Virus record (IMG/VR): IMGVR_UViG_3300025536_000010
Span: 170,887-234,886 of that record
Length of the DNA stretch: 64,000 nt
Strand: one strand, 5' to 3'
The stretch's first letter is position 1, and every line of letters starts with the position of its first letter. The position numbers and the translations under genes were made by a program. Below, one piece after another: positions 36,799 to 47,030 of this stretch. The notes beneath the pieces were generated by a model that was not told where the DNA came from, made no database searches, and was given only the letters and a program-made list of their open reading frames with translations.

Positions 36799-38535
36799 AT
36801 GGTTACGAAGAAGAAGTCACGCCTCAAGCCTCGCAAACCGCCGCAGATCGGCCGTCAGTTGGCGGACGACGTTGAGGAGGAGCGGGAGGCGCGTAAAGTG
36901 TCGCCCAGTGAAGCCGCCGAGGCCGAGGAAGACTATTTTGGAGACGATGCGCCGGCACCGAAATCCAAGAAGAAGGCGGACACCGTTGACACAGAAGATG
37001 TCTCTGGCGACGGTGACGACCGCGAAGACGAGCCGATGGTGAAGCCGCGTCGGAAGAAGGTGCGCGGCGAGGACGGTAAGATCCTCGTCAAGGCGGCCGG
37101 CAAGGGTGTGTCCGTGCCCATGAAGCGAATCGTCTGTCTCGACACACGCAAGCTGTCGAAGAAGGACGAGATCAAGCTGGCCAACTGGCAGGGGCGGACG
37201 CGGGGCAAGGCCCTGGACGCTTTTTTCCGTGGCCAGGTTGCCGAGACGCGCAAGAAGTTTGGACACTCGTCTGTCCACATCGGCGACGAGGTCAAGAATC
37301 TGATCGTTGGTATTCCCATGTTCGGCGGTCGTGGGCCGGACGCTGCCAAATACCCAGGCTGTCTGCCGATGGAGTTCGTCATCGCGCAGGATTGTTTCCC
37401 GCTTGGCTTGGTGTGGCAGCTGGTCGCCAAGCACGGTGTCGGTAAAAGCGGCTTGCTGGCTGAGTTTGGTCGCTGGTTCTACCTGGCCGGCGGCGGTATG
37501 AACTTGTGCGAGGCCGAGGACAAGTTCAACCCTAACTGGTACGAGAGTATCATGGGGAGCGAGTTTTTCCCCAGCCTGGTGCCTCTTTTTCACTGCAAGT
37601 CCGTCGAGGACTGGCAGCGTAAACTGTCGGGCGCGATCAAGTCGGCCAAGAGTCAGTGTGTCGGCACCAAAGAAAACCCAGGGCCAGGGCGCACGGTGCC
37701 GATCATGTTCGGCATCGACTCGATCATGGGTAAGCAGTCCGAAGAGACGCAGGAGCAGATCTTCGGTACGAGCGAACTTGGCATCGAAGGGCGCAGGAAA
37801 GGTAAGGGTGCTCCCAAGAGCAAGCCCGGACTCGGCCACGGCAGTCGCGGTTTCCCCATCGAAGCGCAGGTTATCACCCGCTACATGCGGTCGGTGCCTG
37901 GGCGGATCGAGGGTTGGCCGTTCTCGTTGGTCCTGGTCAATCACCTGCGCATCAAGACGGACGAAGCCGGTAACCTGGAGCGGTCCAAGGCCGGCGGCGA
38001 GCAGGTCAACTTTCAAGAGTCGTTCGAGTTGGAACTCAAGAAAGTTGGCGGACACAAGAAGAAGATCGAGTCGGCCGATTTTGACGGGTTCCCTTTGCAA
38101 ATCAGCTGCGAGAAGAACTCGTTCGGGCCGACCCACCGTTCGATACAGACTCGCGTTCTCTGGTGGGACGAAGAGAACGAGGAGACGGGCGCGTGGGAAC
38201 AGAGGACCGTGTGGGACTGGGACTGGTCTACGATCCACTTGTTGCATAGTATCAAGAATGGGGAGCGGGCCAGCCCGCGTCTCAAGCAAGCCCTCAAGGA
38301 CATCGAGTTCCATCTCGACTGCCCGGAGTCGGGCGAGGTCAATAACACGGCCTGGTCGAAAGACCTGGGCATGACCAAAGACGATGCGATGTCCTGGAGC
38401 GAAGTCGGTGCCCTGATCCGCGAAGATCCGAAGCTGATGGCCAGGCTGCGCAAGGCTCTGCGGATCAACCCGCGGCCCCTTCTCCAGGGGGATTACCTGG
38501 CGCAGCTGGACACTATCAGTGAGGATCTGCCGTGA
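36799..38535 (+). CDS. recA: RecA/UvsX-like recombinase with a long charged N-terminal extension
   Basis: FPLG, AKHGVGKS, EAE, GIDSI, LVNHLR, AGGEQVNF, EKNSFG. Confidence 0.88.
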   Translation: MVTKKKSRLKPRKPPQIGRQLADDVEEEREARKVSPSEAAEAEEDYFGDDAPAPKSKKKADTVDTEDVSGDGDDREDEPMVKPRRKKVRGEDGKILVKAAGKGVSVPMKRIVCLDTRKLSKKDEIKLANWQGRTRGKALDAFFRGQVAETRKKFGHSSVHIGDEVKNLIVGIPMFGGRGPDAAKYPGCLPMEFVIAQDCFPLGLVWQLVAKHGVGKSGLLAEFGRWFYLAGGGMNLCEAEDKFNPNWYESIMGSEFFPSLVPLFHCKSVEDWQRKLSGAIKSAKSQCVGTKENPGPGRTVPIMFGIDSIMGKQSEETQEQIFGTSELGIEGRRKGKGAPKSKPGLGHGSRGFPIEAQVITRYMRSVPGRIEGWPFSLVLVNHLRIKTDEAGNLERSKAGGEQVNFQESFELELKKVGGHKKKIESADFDGFPLQISCEKNSFGPTHRSIQTRVLWWDEENEETGAWEQRTVWDWDWSTIHLLHSIKNGERASPRLKQALKDIEFHLDCPESGEVNNTAWSKDLGMTKDDAMSWSEVGALIREDPKLMARLRKALRINPRPLLQGDYLAQLDTISEDLP

Positions 38536-39101
38536 AGGAGCACCCCTTCAAAAAGATGAGCCGCGGCTACCAGGAGCGTGCTGCTGCCGAGGAAGTGCGG
38601 CAGTACGAAGAGTCGCGGATCGCTTACCTTCTCAAAGCCCTGAATATGCCGAAAGCGGCGTCCAGGCTCCGCGAGGAGGAACATCGCCACTCGGGGGACG
38701 TCCGGCTTACTTGCCGGGCGTTCAACGAGCGCTACACCTCGTTCCCCGTTCTTTTGGGTACGTCCATCCTGGGCGGGGTTAAGTTGCACCTCGACAAGAC
38801 CGCGCTCCTACCGGCGCTGTTTCGGCAGTTCGACCAGGCTCCGTTTGTGCGAGCCTACGAGGACTTCTTCGAGCAGCACCAAGGCGACGCGGAAGGTAGG
38901 GTTCTCGGCCTCGTGTTCCCGCGCAAGGGGATCAGGCAGGGGCTGATAATCCTCAACGAAGAACTGGAGGCGGTGCCCTACCACGGGCTCACCCTGGTTT
39001 ACAGCGGCGGTAACCGAAAGCACCCGTGCAAGCTGTACGTCAGGCCGTTTCAGTTGCTTGTCGAGGCGATCTATCGCAAGGGCCACGGTTGGCGGCCCTA
39101 G
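38532..39101 (+). CDS. Hypothetical protein (possibly a degenerate resolvase-like fold)
   Basis: GTGA-coupled to recA; VLGLVFPRKG. Confidence 0.6.
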   Translation: MKEHPFKKMSRGYQERAAAEEVRQYEESRIAYLLKALNMPKAASRLREEEHRHSGDVRLTCRAFNERYTSFPVLLGTSILGGVKLHLDKTALLPALFRQFDQAPFVRAYEDFFEQHQGDAEGRVLGLVFPRKGIRQGLIILNEELEAVPYHGLTLVYSGGNRKHPCKLYVRPFQLLVEAIYRKGHGWRP

Positions 39102-39223
39102 CGCTGGGAGACGTTCTCCCAAAAACTGGTTTTTAGACATGGCCCAGAAGGGCAGGGCGTGGTACGCTTACCTCAAGAGGTGGCAGACACGCACCAACAC
39201 TCACGACGAAGGAGACAACAAGA

Positions 39224-40177
39224 ATGTCCGACAACACCACCGCCGTAGCCCCCATCGACAAGAAGCGTCTGGCCATCTTCAAGGACATGACGGAGGCCAC
39301 CCAGGAAGTCGCCCGCGATTTCGAGGGCAAGCTCTCCAAGGGCGCGACCGGCTTGGTCATGATCCAGTACGACGTCGGTTCGCGGCTGGCCGACATCATC
39401 GCCGACGAGGGGACGTACGGTGCCGGTGCCGTCAAGCAGCTGTCTCTCTACCTGGGCATCCCCGGCGGCGAGACGACCCTCTACAACCTGCGGAATTTCG
39501 CGCAGGAGTTCGATAAGGAGTTCGTGCGCCAGTGGACCTCGAAGTCGATGGCCGGCGGCGGTCACCTGGCGATGGCGCACTGGTTCCAGATCATGAAGCT
39601 CAAGAGCAAGGAGAAGCAGGAGAAGCTCTTGAACCGCACGCTCAAGGAATCCTGGAGCGCCAACGACCTGGAAAAGGAAGTCCGCGCCGGCAGCGGCGGC
39701 AAGACCAAGAACGTCCGTGGCGGCGGGCGTAAGCCACAGACGCCGACGAGCCCGATGGCCGGGCTCCAGAAAGCGTTCTCGGTGGCTCAGCAGCTGAACA
39801 GGCTGGAGCCGGTGCTGCTGGAGTCGGTCTTCGACAAGATTGACTCCCTCGAACCGGACAAGGTGACGGACACCTTGCTGGAGAAGCTGGAGACGACCCG
39901 CGATCAGGTGGCGGAAACCCAGGAGACGTCGGGCGAAATGCTGACGCACCTGGAGAAGAACATCAAGCGCGTCACCAAGATCCTCGAAAAGCAGAAGGCT
40001 GCCGCCGAGGAAGCGGGCGACGAGGACGAAGATGCGGGCGAAGAGGCGCCCAAGAAGAAAAAGAAGAAGCCCGCCTCGGCGTCGAGCAACGGCAAGGCCG
40101 AGTCCAACGGCCACGTCGACGGCGCCAAGAAGAAGAAAAAGAAGAAGAAGCTCCGCCCGGTTGCGGCCGAGGCGTAA
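39224..40177 (+). CDS. DNA-binding protein with a DUF1016(YhcG)-N-like domain and poly-Lys tail
   Basis: YG.GAV.QLS..L...G...L.N.R.FA..F; L..AH...I; WS..DLE; KKKKKKKK. Confidence 0.6.
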   Translation: MSDNTTAVAPIDKKRLAIFKDMTEATQEVARDFEGKLSKGATGLVMIQYDVGSRLADIIADEGTYGAGAVKQLSLYLGIPGGETTLYNLRNFAQEFDKEFVRQWTSKSMAGGGHLAMAHWFQIMKLKSKEKQEKLLNRTLKESWSANDLEKEVRAGSGGKTKNVRGGGRKPQTPTSPMAGLQKAFSVAQQLNRLEPVLLESVFDKIDSLEPDKVTDTLLEKLETTRDQVAETQETSGEMLTHLEKNIKRVTKILEKQKAAAEEAGDEDEDAGEEAPKKKKKKPASASSNGKAESNGHVDGAKKKKKKKKLRPVAAEA

Positions 40178-40293
40178 CCGAGTAACTTCTTGAGGACAAC
40201 TGCGGGTGTACGGGGCAGGCTGCCAGACACCTTGCCGGGCCGTCGTGGCTTCCGTGAACCGGCACCCGCAGTTTTTGCTCACGGACGGGCTCC

Positions 40294-41100
40294 ATGTTCA
40301 GCGTCAACATCCTGTTTTATGGCAACACTCCTGGTTTGGTTGTTCGTTGCCTTTTGTCTGTCATACACCACGCAGACTGGTCTTTGATCGCCGAGGTCAG
40401 GCTCGGCCTCAACGCGGTATCGGAATGGTCGCGCCGGCTTATCATGGACGAGATCAAAAGCGTGCCGGTGCCCTGCACGATCTACCAGGAGCGCGATAAC
40501 AGGAACGTTGGCAAGTACCCGTTGATGCGCAGGATGTTCTATGACGGGCCGCCGTTGGCGGCAGACCGCGTAATGTGGTTCGATGACGACAGCTACCTCA
40601 ACGGTGGTCGGGCTTGGTGGAAAACCGCCAGCGCGGTCGCACAACAGGCTGACATGGTCGGCTCGGTTTACAGGCTGCCCAAGGGCTTCCGCGGCAACCA
40701 GCCGCAGGCTATCGCAGCCCAGCCCTGGTACACTGGCAAGCCGGTGGAACGTCCTCACCAGCCGTCGTTCTGTACTGGCGGCTGGTGGATTATCAAAACA
40801 GAGATTCTCAAGCGCTGGGACTGGCCACACCCGGCTTTGTTTCACAACGGCGGCGACTCCATGCTGGGAGAGTTGTGCCGCCAGCAAGGTTATGTGGTCA
40901 AGCATTGGCGCGAGGGCGTTGCCATCAACGCGGACAATGCCGGGCGCGAGTCCAAGGCAGAGCGGCGAGGCTTGTCGACGCCGTGGGTCTGGACGGACTG
41001 GCGGCCAGATAAGCCGGACGATCTCAGCCACCACGATTTTGAGTGTGTCTACAACGGTTTCCGTTTGCCGTTAGGCCCGCCGCCGTGTCTGCTGGGCTAG
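40294..41100 (+). CDS. Glycosyltransferase (GT-A fold, family 2-like)
   Basis: N.GK, VMWFDDDSY (DxD), FCTGGWW, GGDSMLG. Confidence 0.75.
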   Translation: MFSVNILFYGNTPGLVVRCLLSVIHHADWSLIAEVRLGLNAVSEWSRRLIMDEIKSVPVPCTIYQERDNRNVGKYPLMRRMFYDGPPLAADRVMWFDDDSYLNGGRAWWKTASAVAQQADMVGSVYRLPKGFRGNQPQAIAAQPWYTGKPVERPHQPSFCTGGWWIIKTEILKRWDWPHPALFHNGGDSMLGELCRQQGYVVKHWREGVAINADNAGRESKAERRGLSTPWVWTDWRPDKPDDLSHHDFECVYNGFRLPLGPPPCLLG

Positions 41101-41110
41101 GAGGACTAGC

Positions 41111-41551
41111 GTGCTCTGCAACCACACCTGGATCGACGTCCGTCCGCATCTGCTCTCCGGCGAACAGCCAGTGTTCATGATGCAGCGTCCTCTGGCCCAC
41201 GGACATAGCGCCAAAGGTGGCTTGTTCAATACGGCCGAGATTGCCAAGGTTGGAGAGCATTGGGTGCCGCACGGCCCAGTCCTCGACGTCGAGGATGTGC
41301 AGTGGGGCATTACCAAGGTAGGCGACCTGGTGCGCGTCCCGGTGTTCGCCTACAAGACGCAGCACTTAGCCCCGGCGTCGATCTGGGGCCTGGGCCTCCA
41401 GATTGGCCTGGCGGCCGTGGTGCATTTGCGTAAACATACAACCGATATTCCACGGGCGGCGATGCTCGTGCTGGGGCACGAGTGCATGGACTTACGTCCT
41501 GCGGAGGAAGCCTATCGCTGCTTCGTGGGCATTGCGTTGCAAACCAAGTAA
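41111..41551 (+). CDS. Hypothetical protein
   Basis: GGAGGA RBS before GTG. Confidence 0.6.
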   Translation: MLCNHTWIDVRPHLLSGEQPVFMMQRPLAHGHSAKGGLFNTAEIAKVGEHWVPHGPVLDVEDVQWGITKVGDLVRVPVFAYKTQHLAPASIWGLGLQIGLAAVVHLRKHTTDIPRAAMLVLGHECMDLRPAEEAYRCFVGIALQTK

Positions 41552-41557
41552 GGAGAC

Positions 41558-42073
41558 TTGACCGTGACCCAGCCGATGGCTCAGCCACAACAGCCGATGC
41601 ACCCCTCCCAGCAGCTGGCCCAGCAGATGCAGGAAGCGCCTCACCAGGCCCCCGTTGCTCCGCGCCAGGTGCGCAAACGGGTTGACATCCCGGCCCTGGT
41701 TGTCGAAATGGATGACTGGTTGACGGCCCTCAAACGCGCCGTCGCCGGCTATACGGCCCTGAGCCTGTCCTTGGCGTCTGCCCAGGGGCATATCCCCGAA
41801 GGGGACCGGCGCAAGGGCCTGCCGATTCTGGAGTTCAAAAGCAGCGTCGACGGGCAGACTCCCATTGTCTGCTGCGCCGACCTGCGGAAGGTCAACCCGG
41901 AGTACCTCCAGCACGTCATGGTGCCGCTCATCAACGCCCAGGCGGCCGACATACTGGAAGCCTTCGACGAAATGAGCACGCGGATCGAGATGGCTCGACC
42001 GATGCTTTACAAGATGCTGGGGTTCGACGCCAACGGGCAGCCCTTGCCACCGCAGCAGGCGGACGCCGCCTGA
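41558..42073 (+). CDS. Hypothetical protein with Q/P-rich N-terminus
   Basis: AAGGAG RBS. Confidence 0.65.
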   Translation: MTVTQPMAQPQQPMHPSQQLAQQMQEAPHQAPVAPRQVRKRVDIPALVVEMDDWLTALKRAVAGYTALSLSLASAQGHIPEGDRRKGLPILEFKSSVDGQTPIVCCADLRKVNPEYLQHVMVPLINAQAADILEAFDEMSTRIEMARPMLYKMLGFDANGQPLPPQQADAA

Positions 42074-42118
42074 GACGGCCTCTAGGGGCGGGCAGCGGCC
42101 CGCCCCTGCGGAGGTTCC

Positions 42119-42793
42119 ATGACCAATAACGCTGCACCGGCGCACACGCCGGAAGACCCGTTCGATAAGCTAGACCCAAAAGACGGGTTCCACGTCATCT
42201 ACCTCGAAACCCACGGTTCCGTGTCCTTGCACGTTCACGCTTATGCTGGCGGCGAACTGTACAATATCACCGACGACATCGACCCGGCTAATGCCAGCCT
42301 CGAACTCGTCAGCCTGCCCGACACGGACGAGAACTGCGGACAACTCAAGCGGTTGCATGACGTCGCCGATGCCGTAGCCCGGTATTTCACCCTGGGCGGT
42401 AGCTGGCGTGAACTGGACATGACTCTGAAAAAGATGGAGAAGGTGCTGGTGGGCGGCATCGTCTTCCCTGGCTACCACTTCACCGTGTCCAACTATTTCG
42501 GGGACGAGGGGTGGCAGCACATCTTCACGAAGGACTGCGGCCTGAACCCGGACGGCACGCACCCGGCGGTCGTCTGGGAACAGCCGACGCAGAATGAAGC
42601 AGGCGGGCTGGTGGGCGGCTGGATCAACCACAGCACGCTGGAGAACATCACCAAACAGCAGGAAGAAGATGGCTGGGGAGAAACGGAGGCGGAAGAAGAA
42701 GCCGAGGAAGCTGACGAAGCCGTTCCACGCCAGCTACAACATCGGCCAAATAACGGCACTCAGGGACAGCCTGTTCAAGATCCTGAGTCATGA
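42119..42793 (+). CDS. Hypothetical acidic protein
   Basis: GGAGG RBS. Confidence 0.65.
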   Translation: MTNNAAPAHTPEDPFDKLDPKDGFHVIYLETHGSVSLHVHAYAGGELYNITDDIDPANASLELVSLPDTDENCGQLKRLHDVADAVARYFTLGGSWRELDMTLKKMEKVLVGGIVFPGYHFTVSNYFGDEGWQHIFTKDCGLNPDGTHPAVVWEQPTQNEAGGLVGGWINHSTLENITKQQEEDGWGETEAEEEAEEADEAVPRQLQHRPNNGTQGQPVQDPES

Positions 42794-43640
42794 GTTTGTC
42801 GAGCCTGGGCTGGTCCCGGAGGCGGCACTGTTTGACCGTCTGGTGCAGATCGTCTGGGAGGCCCTGCCTGGCGATCTGGACAAGGACGTTATCGAGGACT
42901 CGTTGCGCCACCTCGTCGGCATTCATCCGACCAAGGCGCTCTACCTCGAAACGTGCTGGCGGTTAGCCGGTAACCTGCCCAGGTTGGCTCTGCGGCGTGC
43001 TGTACCGCCTTGGCACGCTCAGCGGGTCCGCGAATGGGTGCCGATGGTCGTCACAGGCTGCCGACGCTGTCTCAGCGACCGGGGCGACCGTGGTGCTCTG
43101 TTCTCGTTTCGTATTCTGGGCGGTACGCCCTGTCCGCGTATCGTCCAGAAATGGTTGTCGTTTAAGGTCTGCCGCATCCTGGCGAAAAACACTGGGTTCA
43201 ATCCGCGGCAGCACCGCACACGCTATCCTTTCACAGACCCCCGGCAGCTTGTCGGCCTGCGTCTCTACGGCCTGGTCGAGCCCGACTTGTGCAGTAGGGA
43301 ACCGGGGTTCGAGATCCCTTTGGCTCCGCATCCCAAGAGCAACGTCATCCAGCCGTCCCCGCGCGTGTTCCCGGCTACCGTGCGCGAGTACAACATAATC
43401 ATGGTCAAACGGACGTTCCGTTGCGACCCTGGCTACGGGTGCCCGGAAGGGTTCCCTATGACGTTCCCGTGCCAGCTATGCCCGGTGGGCTTCCTGCGCT
43501 GTAAGGCGGGCAAGCACCGCAAGGACTGGCGGCGGCGGGCGTGTACGCAGTGCGAACGGAAAGACGCTTTCTTCGACGACGAACTGTCCAAGGAGATGTG
43601 CGTTGACTGCTTCAACAAGCAAGCCTATCGGAGACAATGA
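42669..43640 (+). CDS. Hypothetical protein with C-terminal Cys clusters
   Basis: CQLC..C, CTQC..CVDC; ATGA-coupled to the ligase. Confidence 0.65.
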   Translation: MAGEKRRRKKKPRKLTKPFHASYNIGQITALRDSLFKILSHEFVEPGLVPEAALFDRLVQIVWEALPGDLDKDVIEDSLRHLVGIHPTKALYLETCWRLAGNLPRLALRRAVPPWHAQRVREWVPMVVTGCRRCLSDRGDRGALFSFRILGGTPCPRIVQKWLSFKVCRILAKNTGFNPRQHRTRYPFTDPRQLVGLRLYGLVEPDLCSREPGFEIPLAPHPKSNVIQPSPRVFPATVREYNIIMVKRTFRCDPGYGCPEGFPMTFPCQLCPVGFLRCKAGKHRKDWRRRACTQCERKDAFFDDELSKEMCVDCFNKQAYRRQ

Positions 43641-44815
43641 TGGCAAAGGCACCACGCATCAAGACGAAAGACACCGAGGTCAGGGCATGCCCGCGCGGGG
43701 TACTGCCTGTCCTCTACAAGAAGACGACTGGCGGCCGAGTGCAGTCCTGGGAGATTTGGGTCACCAGGCTCAAGTCGAACGGCTACGGCAAGATGTACAC
43801 CCGGTACGGCCTGGTCGACGGTCAGCAGCAGGAGATCCAAGAGATCATCTCCGAGGGTAAGAACGAAGGCCGCGGGAACGCCACCACGCCTTATGAGCAG
43901 GCTTGCCTGGAGGCAGCGGCGCGTTGGGACAAGCAGCGCAACCGTAAGGGCTACGCCGAAGACCCAACTGGCGCGGCCTCAGCAGCGATTCGTTCCGTGT
44001 CGCCCATGCTGGCCCAGAAGTTCCAGGACCACGAGAAGAAGGTGAACTGGGACACGGCCCTGGCGCAGCCCAAGCTGAATGGTTTCCGCTGCATCGTTCG
44101 AGTGGTGGAGGGCAAGCTGGTGGCGTTCAGCCGCGAGAACCAGGTTCTGGAGGTGCCGCACGTCCTCCAGGCCCTGCGCAAGCCCATGCTGAATGAGGGC
44201 ATCATGGCCGTGGATGGTGAACTATACACCCACGGCATGTCTCTCAACGTGATCTCCTCGGCCTGCAAGAAGCTCTCCAAGCTGACCGAGCAGATCCAGT
44301 ACAACATCTACGACACCGTCACGGACGAGGCGTACGCGAAGCGCATCAAAGACCTGCATCTCAAGCTGTGCTTCGGCGGAGATGCCAGGGTTATCCAGAT
44401 GGTGGAGACGGTCAAGGTGCGCACCCGGGACGAACTGATGACCGCCCAGGCCGAGTTCGTTGGGCAGGGTTACGAGGGGGCCATGCTGCGGCACGGGGAC
44501 GCTGGCTACGAGTCGGGACGGCGGTCGTCGTACCTGCTCAAGGTCAAGACCTTCCTGGACGCCGAGTTCAAAGTGGTGGACTACAAATACGGGCGTGGCA
44601 AGATGGCCAAGGTGCCCATCTTCACCTGCGTCACGGACGAGGGCCACCACTTCGACGTGCTGCCGCAGGGTACGATGGAGGAGCGGCACGAACTGGGCGA
44701 GAAAGCTGGTAGCCTGCTCGGCAGTATGCTGACGGTCAAGTACCAGGAGATGACGAAGACGGCCGAGCCGGTCCCGTTCCATCCGGTCGGGATCGGCTTC
44801 CGGGAGGAGGGCTAG
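43637..44815 (+). CDS. ATP-dependent DNA ligase with WGR-like N-terminal domain
   Basis: PMLA, QPKLNGFRC, VDGELY, IYD, YEGAMLR, LLKVK. Confidence 0.92.
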   Translation: MMAKAPRIKTKDTEVRACPRGVLPVLYKKTTGGRVQSWEIWVTRLKSNGYGKMYTRYGLVDGQQQEIQEIISEGKNEGRGNATTPYEQACLEAAARWDKQRNRKGYAEDPTGAASAAIRSVSPMLAQKFQDHEKKVNWDTALAQPKLNGFRCIVRVVEGKLVAFSRENQVLEVPHVLQALRKPMLNEGIMAVDGELYTHGMSLNVISSACKKLSKLTEQIQYNIYDTVTDEAYAKRIKDLHLKLCFGGDARVIQMVETVKVRTRDELMTAQAEFVGQGYEGAMLRHGDAGYESGRRSSYLLKVKTFLDAEFKVVDYKYGRGKMAKVPIFTCVTDEGHHFDVLPQGTMEERHELGEKAGSLLGSMLTVKYQEMTKTAEPVPFHPVGIGFREEG

Positions 44816-44816
44816 T

Positions 44817-45605
44817 ATGCCTCAGAAAACTGTCCCGGTGTCTTTCTTGAAGGATCATCCGCGGCAGCGTGAAGTGTTTGGGGTGCCGTCTCCAGAAGAA
44901 ATCGAGAGGCTGGCTGCCTCGATCAACCGTCGCGGCCTGGACTACCCGCTAGAGATACTGCCAGACGGCACCATCATCAAGGGACATCGCAGGCGTCTTG
45001 CTGCGCAGTCGCTGGGTTGGAAAGACGTCCCGGTCAAGATACTGCACGAACTTGCCGACGATCCGGTAGCCGCGTCTAGGTTGTTTCTGAGCGACAACTT
45101 TGACAGGCAGCAGCTTACGCCTTTGCGGCGGGCTAAGTGTATCGTGTCTCTCATGGAGTTGGAGATCGGCAAGTTAGTCGAGCGGTTCAACGCCAATAAG
45201 AAAGAGCAACTCAAAGAGAGCGTGGCGAAGCAACTGCACACCAGCCGGCGGACAGTGGATCGTTACTTGCTGGCTCTGCGGACCCCGTTCGAGGTCCAGG
45301 AGGCGTTCGACCGTAACAAGCTCAGCCTGGTCCAGGTCGGTAAAATCGCCATGATGTCGAAGGCTGTTCAAAACGCTATCGCGGCTCGGCTCGCGCTTGG
45401 CGAACCTCCGCGGGTTGTCTACGCAGATACGGTGGAGGACACGTCGCCATACAAGGCTATCGCGTCGTTGTTGGTTGCCGTGAACAAGGCCAGGGACGTA
45501 ATCGGCGACCAGGTGCTGGACAATGCTAAGTTGCAAAAGTACCGTGGCCGCCTTCGGGTGGCCAGGGGCTACATCGACGGACTCATCAAAGGTCAAGCGT
45601 GTTAG
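44817..45605 (+). CDS. ParB-like N-terminal domain plus HTH protein
   Basis: LAASI..RGL..PL.I....IIKGHRRR.AA..LG; DN..RQQLTP; VAKQL..SRRTVDRYL. Confidence 0.85.
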   Translation: MPQKTVPVSFLKDHPRQREVFGVPSPEEIERLAASINRRGLDYPLEILPDGTIIKGHRRRLAAQSLGWKDVPVKILHELADDPVAASRLFLSDNFDRQQLTPLRRAKCIVSLMELEIGKLVERFNANKKEQLKESVAKQLHTSRRTVDRYLLALRTPFEVQEAFDRNKLSLVQVGKIAMMSKAVQNAIAARLALGEPPRVVYADTVEDTSPYKAIASLLVAVNKARDVIGDQVLDNAKLQKYRGRLRVARGYIDGLIKGQAC

Positions 45606-45642
45606 CGAAAAGGCTAAAGCTGGCCAATAAGGAGGCGGTTTA

Positions 45643-45963
45643 ATGATGCCTCAAGGACACTTCCTACCCTGGAAGGACGTCACGGATATGCAGCTATGGT
45701 TGCTGCGCGGCCCGTGGTGCAGCGACGGTTCGGTCGCTTTGCTGTTGGCTTTTGGCCTTATCGAGAGGCTACCGGAGAACGACTGGCGGGCAGCCAGCCA
45801 TATCTGGCAGACCACGGAAAAGGGCAAAAGGCTTCTGGAAATCAACCGCGGTCGTGCGGTTGAGTTGCAGCCTGATCTTGAGAAGCTGGAGATGCAAAAC
45901 CGTATCGAGAAGCTGGAACTCAGTTTCGGCCGAGCGTTGGTGGAGGAGGCCCTGCATGCCTAG
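45643..45963 (+). CDS. Hypothetical protein
   Basis: AAGGAGG RBS. Confidence 0.6.
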   Translation: MMPQGHFLPWKDVTDMQLWLLRGPWCSDGSVALLLAFGLIERLPENDWRAASHIWQTTEKGKRLLEINRGRAVELQPDLEKLEMQNRIEKLELSFGRALVEEALHA

Positions 45964-46444
45964 CGTGCTGTTTCCCTGGGTCAGGAAACTGACCCTGGCC
46001 ATGCAGGGTACTTTGTTGACTTGCGTGCGTGGACCGGATGGTATCCGCAAGGACCATCCGGTCAAACAGTTCATCCGGGTCTACCGGCGGGCCATCCTGC
46101 GTGGGGCCAAGCCGGTGCCCGGTGATTTCATGACAGCCCAACCGTTCCTGCATGTCGACGAGGCGATGGCGCGGGGTATCGTCCCCGCCGCCCCGCGCTG
46201 GGGTAGTGCCGATTACTACCTGGCTATTCAGGAGTGGTGGGAGAAGAACGTCGACGACTTGCCGCATCACTGGTTGCTGCATTTCTGCCACTGTGCGGAG
46301 ATTGTCGGCTGTTATCACCCGGATTCGTATGCTCGCAGGTTCTGGTTCGTGGTCTACGAAGGGATCGTGAAGTCTTTCCACATGATCCCCGAATCCAAAG
46401 AAGCACTGGACCAGCGCCTGCGTGAGCGTGGAGGCCCATACTGA
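45956..46444 (+). CDS. Hypothetical phage protein
   Basis: GGAGG RBS; RGPDG, LPHHWLLHFCHCAEIVG.YHPD. Confidence 0.65.
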   Translation: MPSVLFPWVRKLTLAMQGTLLTCVRGPDGIRKDHPVKQFIRVYRRAILRGAKPVPGDFMTAQPFLHVDEAMARGIVPAAPRWGSADYYLAIQEWWEKNVDDLPHHWLLHFCHCAEIVGCYHPDSYARRFWFVVYEGIVKSFHMIPESKEALDQRLRERGGPY

Positions 46445-46573
46445 TGATGGCCACTGGTTGACGGAGAAAACTTAGTTTGCTTGACCAGTGGGGTCCGTTA
46501 GGGTATGAAAGAGGAGCCTGCCGGTTGGCCCCGGCAGGCTCAAACACACTAACCTCTTGTGGGAGAGGTCAGC

Positions 46574-47020
46574 ATGCTCTCGTACTCTATACCTCCGCAG
46601 TCAGCATTTCAACAGTTATCTCCGGCAACTCGACTTAGTTGGGTGGCGGGTCTTATCGAAGGCGAAGGTTACATTAGTATCGGTGGTCGTCGCGGTAGCC
46701 GCGGTGGTCGCTGCCGCTTGTACCTGCGTGTCGGTGTCCGTATGACGGACGAAGACGTAATTCGCCGACTTGCCGATGCTGTCGGTCGTGGGACCGTTCA
46801 CGGCCCGTACCCGAACGGTAAGGGTTGTAAGATCGTGTGGGTGTGGTCGTGGCAGGGTGACGAGGCTAGCGCTTGGGTTACTAAGTGCCTGTCGCCGCTG
46901 CTGTGTAGTAGGCGTAGGCGGCAGATCGTCAAGGTACTCGCCGAAGTAGCTACGTCTATCGAGAATGCCAACGAACCTGGCCTTCATCGGCAAAGATCCT
47001 TGCTGCCTGACTTCTTTTAA
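46574..47020 (+). CDS. Free-standing LAGLIDADG homing endonuclease
   Basis: WVAGLIEGEGYISI, VRMTDEDVIRRL....G.G. Confidence 0.85.
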   Translation: MLSYSIPPQSAFQQLSPATRLSWVAGLIEGEGYISIGGRRGSRGGRCRLYLRVGVRMTDEDVIRRLADAVGRGTVHGPYPNGKGCKIVWVWSWQGDEASAWVTKCLSPLLCSRRRRQIVKVLAEVATSIENANEPGLHRQRSLLPDFF

Positions 47021-47030
47021 GGAGAGCGTC

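Noticed and set aside
40120-40160. Poly-Lys stretches as eukaryotic nuclear localisation signals implying a eukaryotic virus
   Set aside because: Shine-Dalgarno sites, overlapping operonic genes, sigma70-like promoters and terminase/portal genes indicate a bacteriophage.
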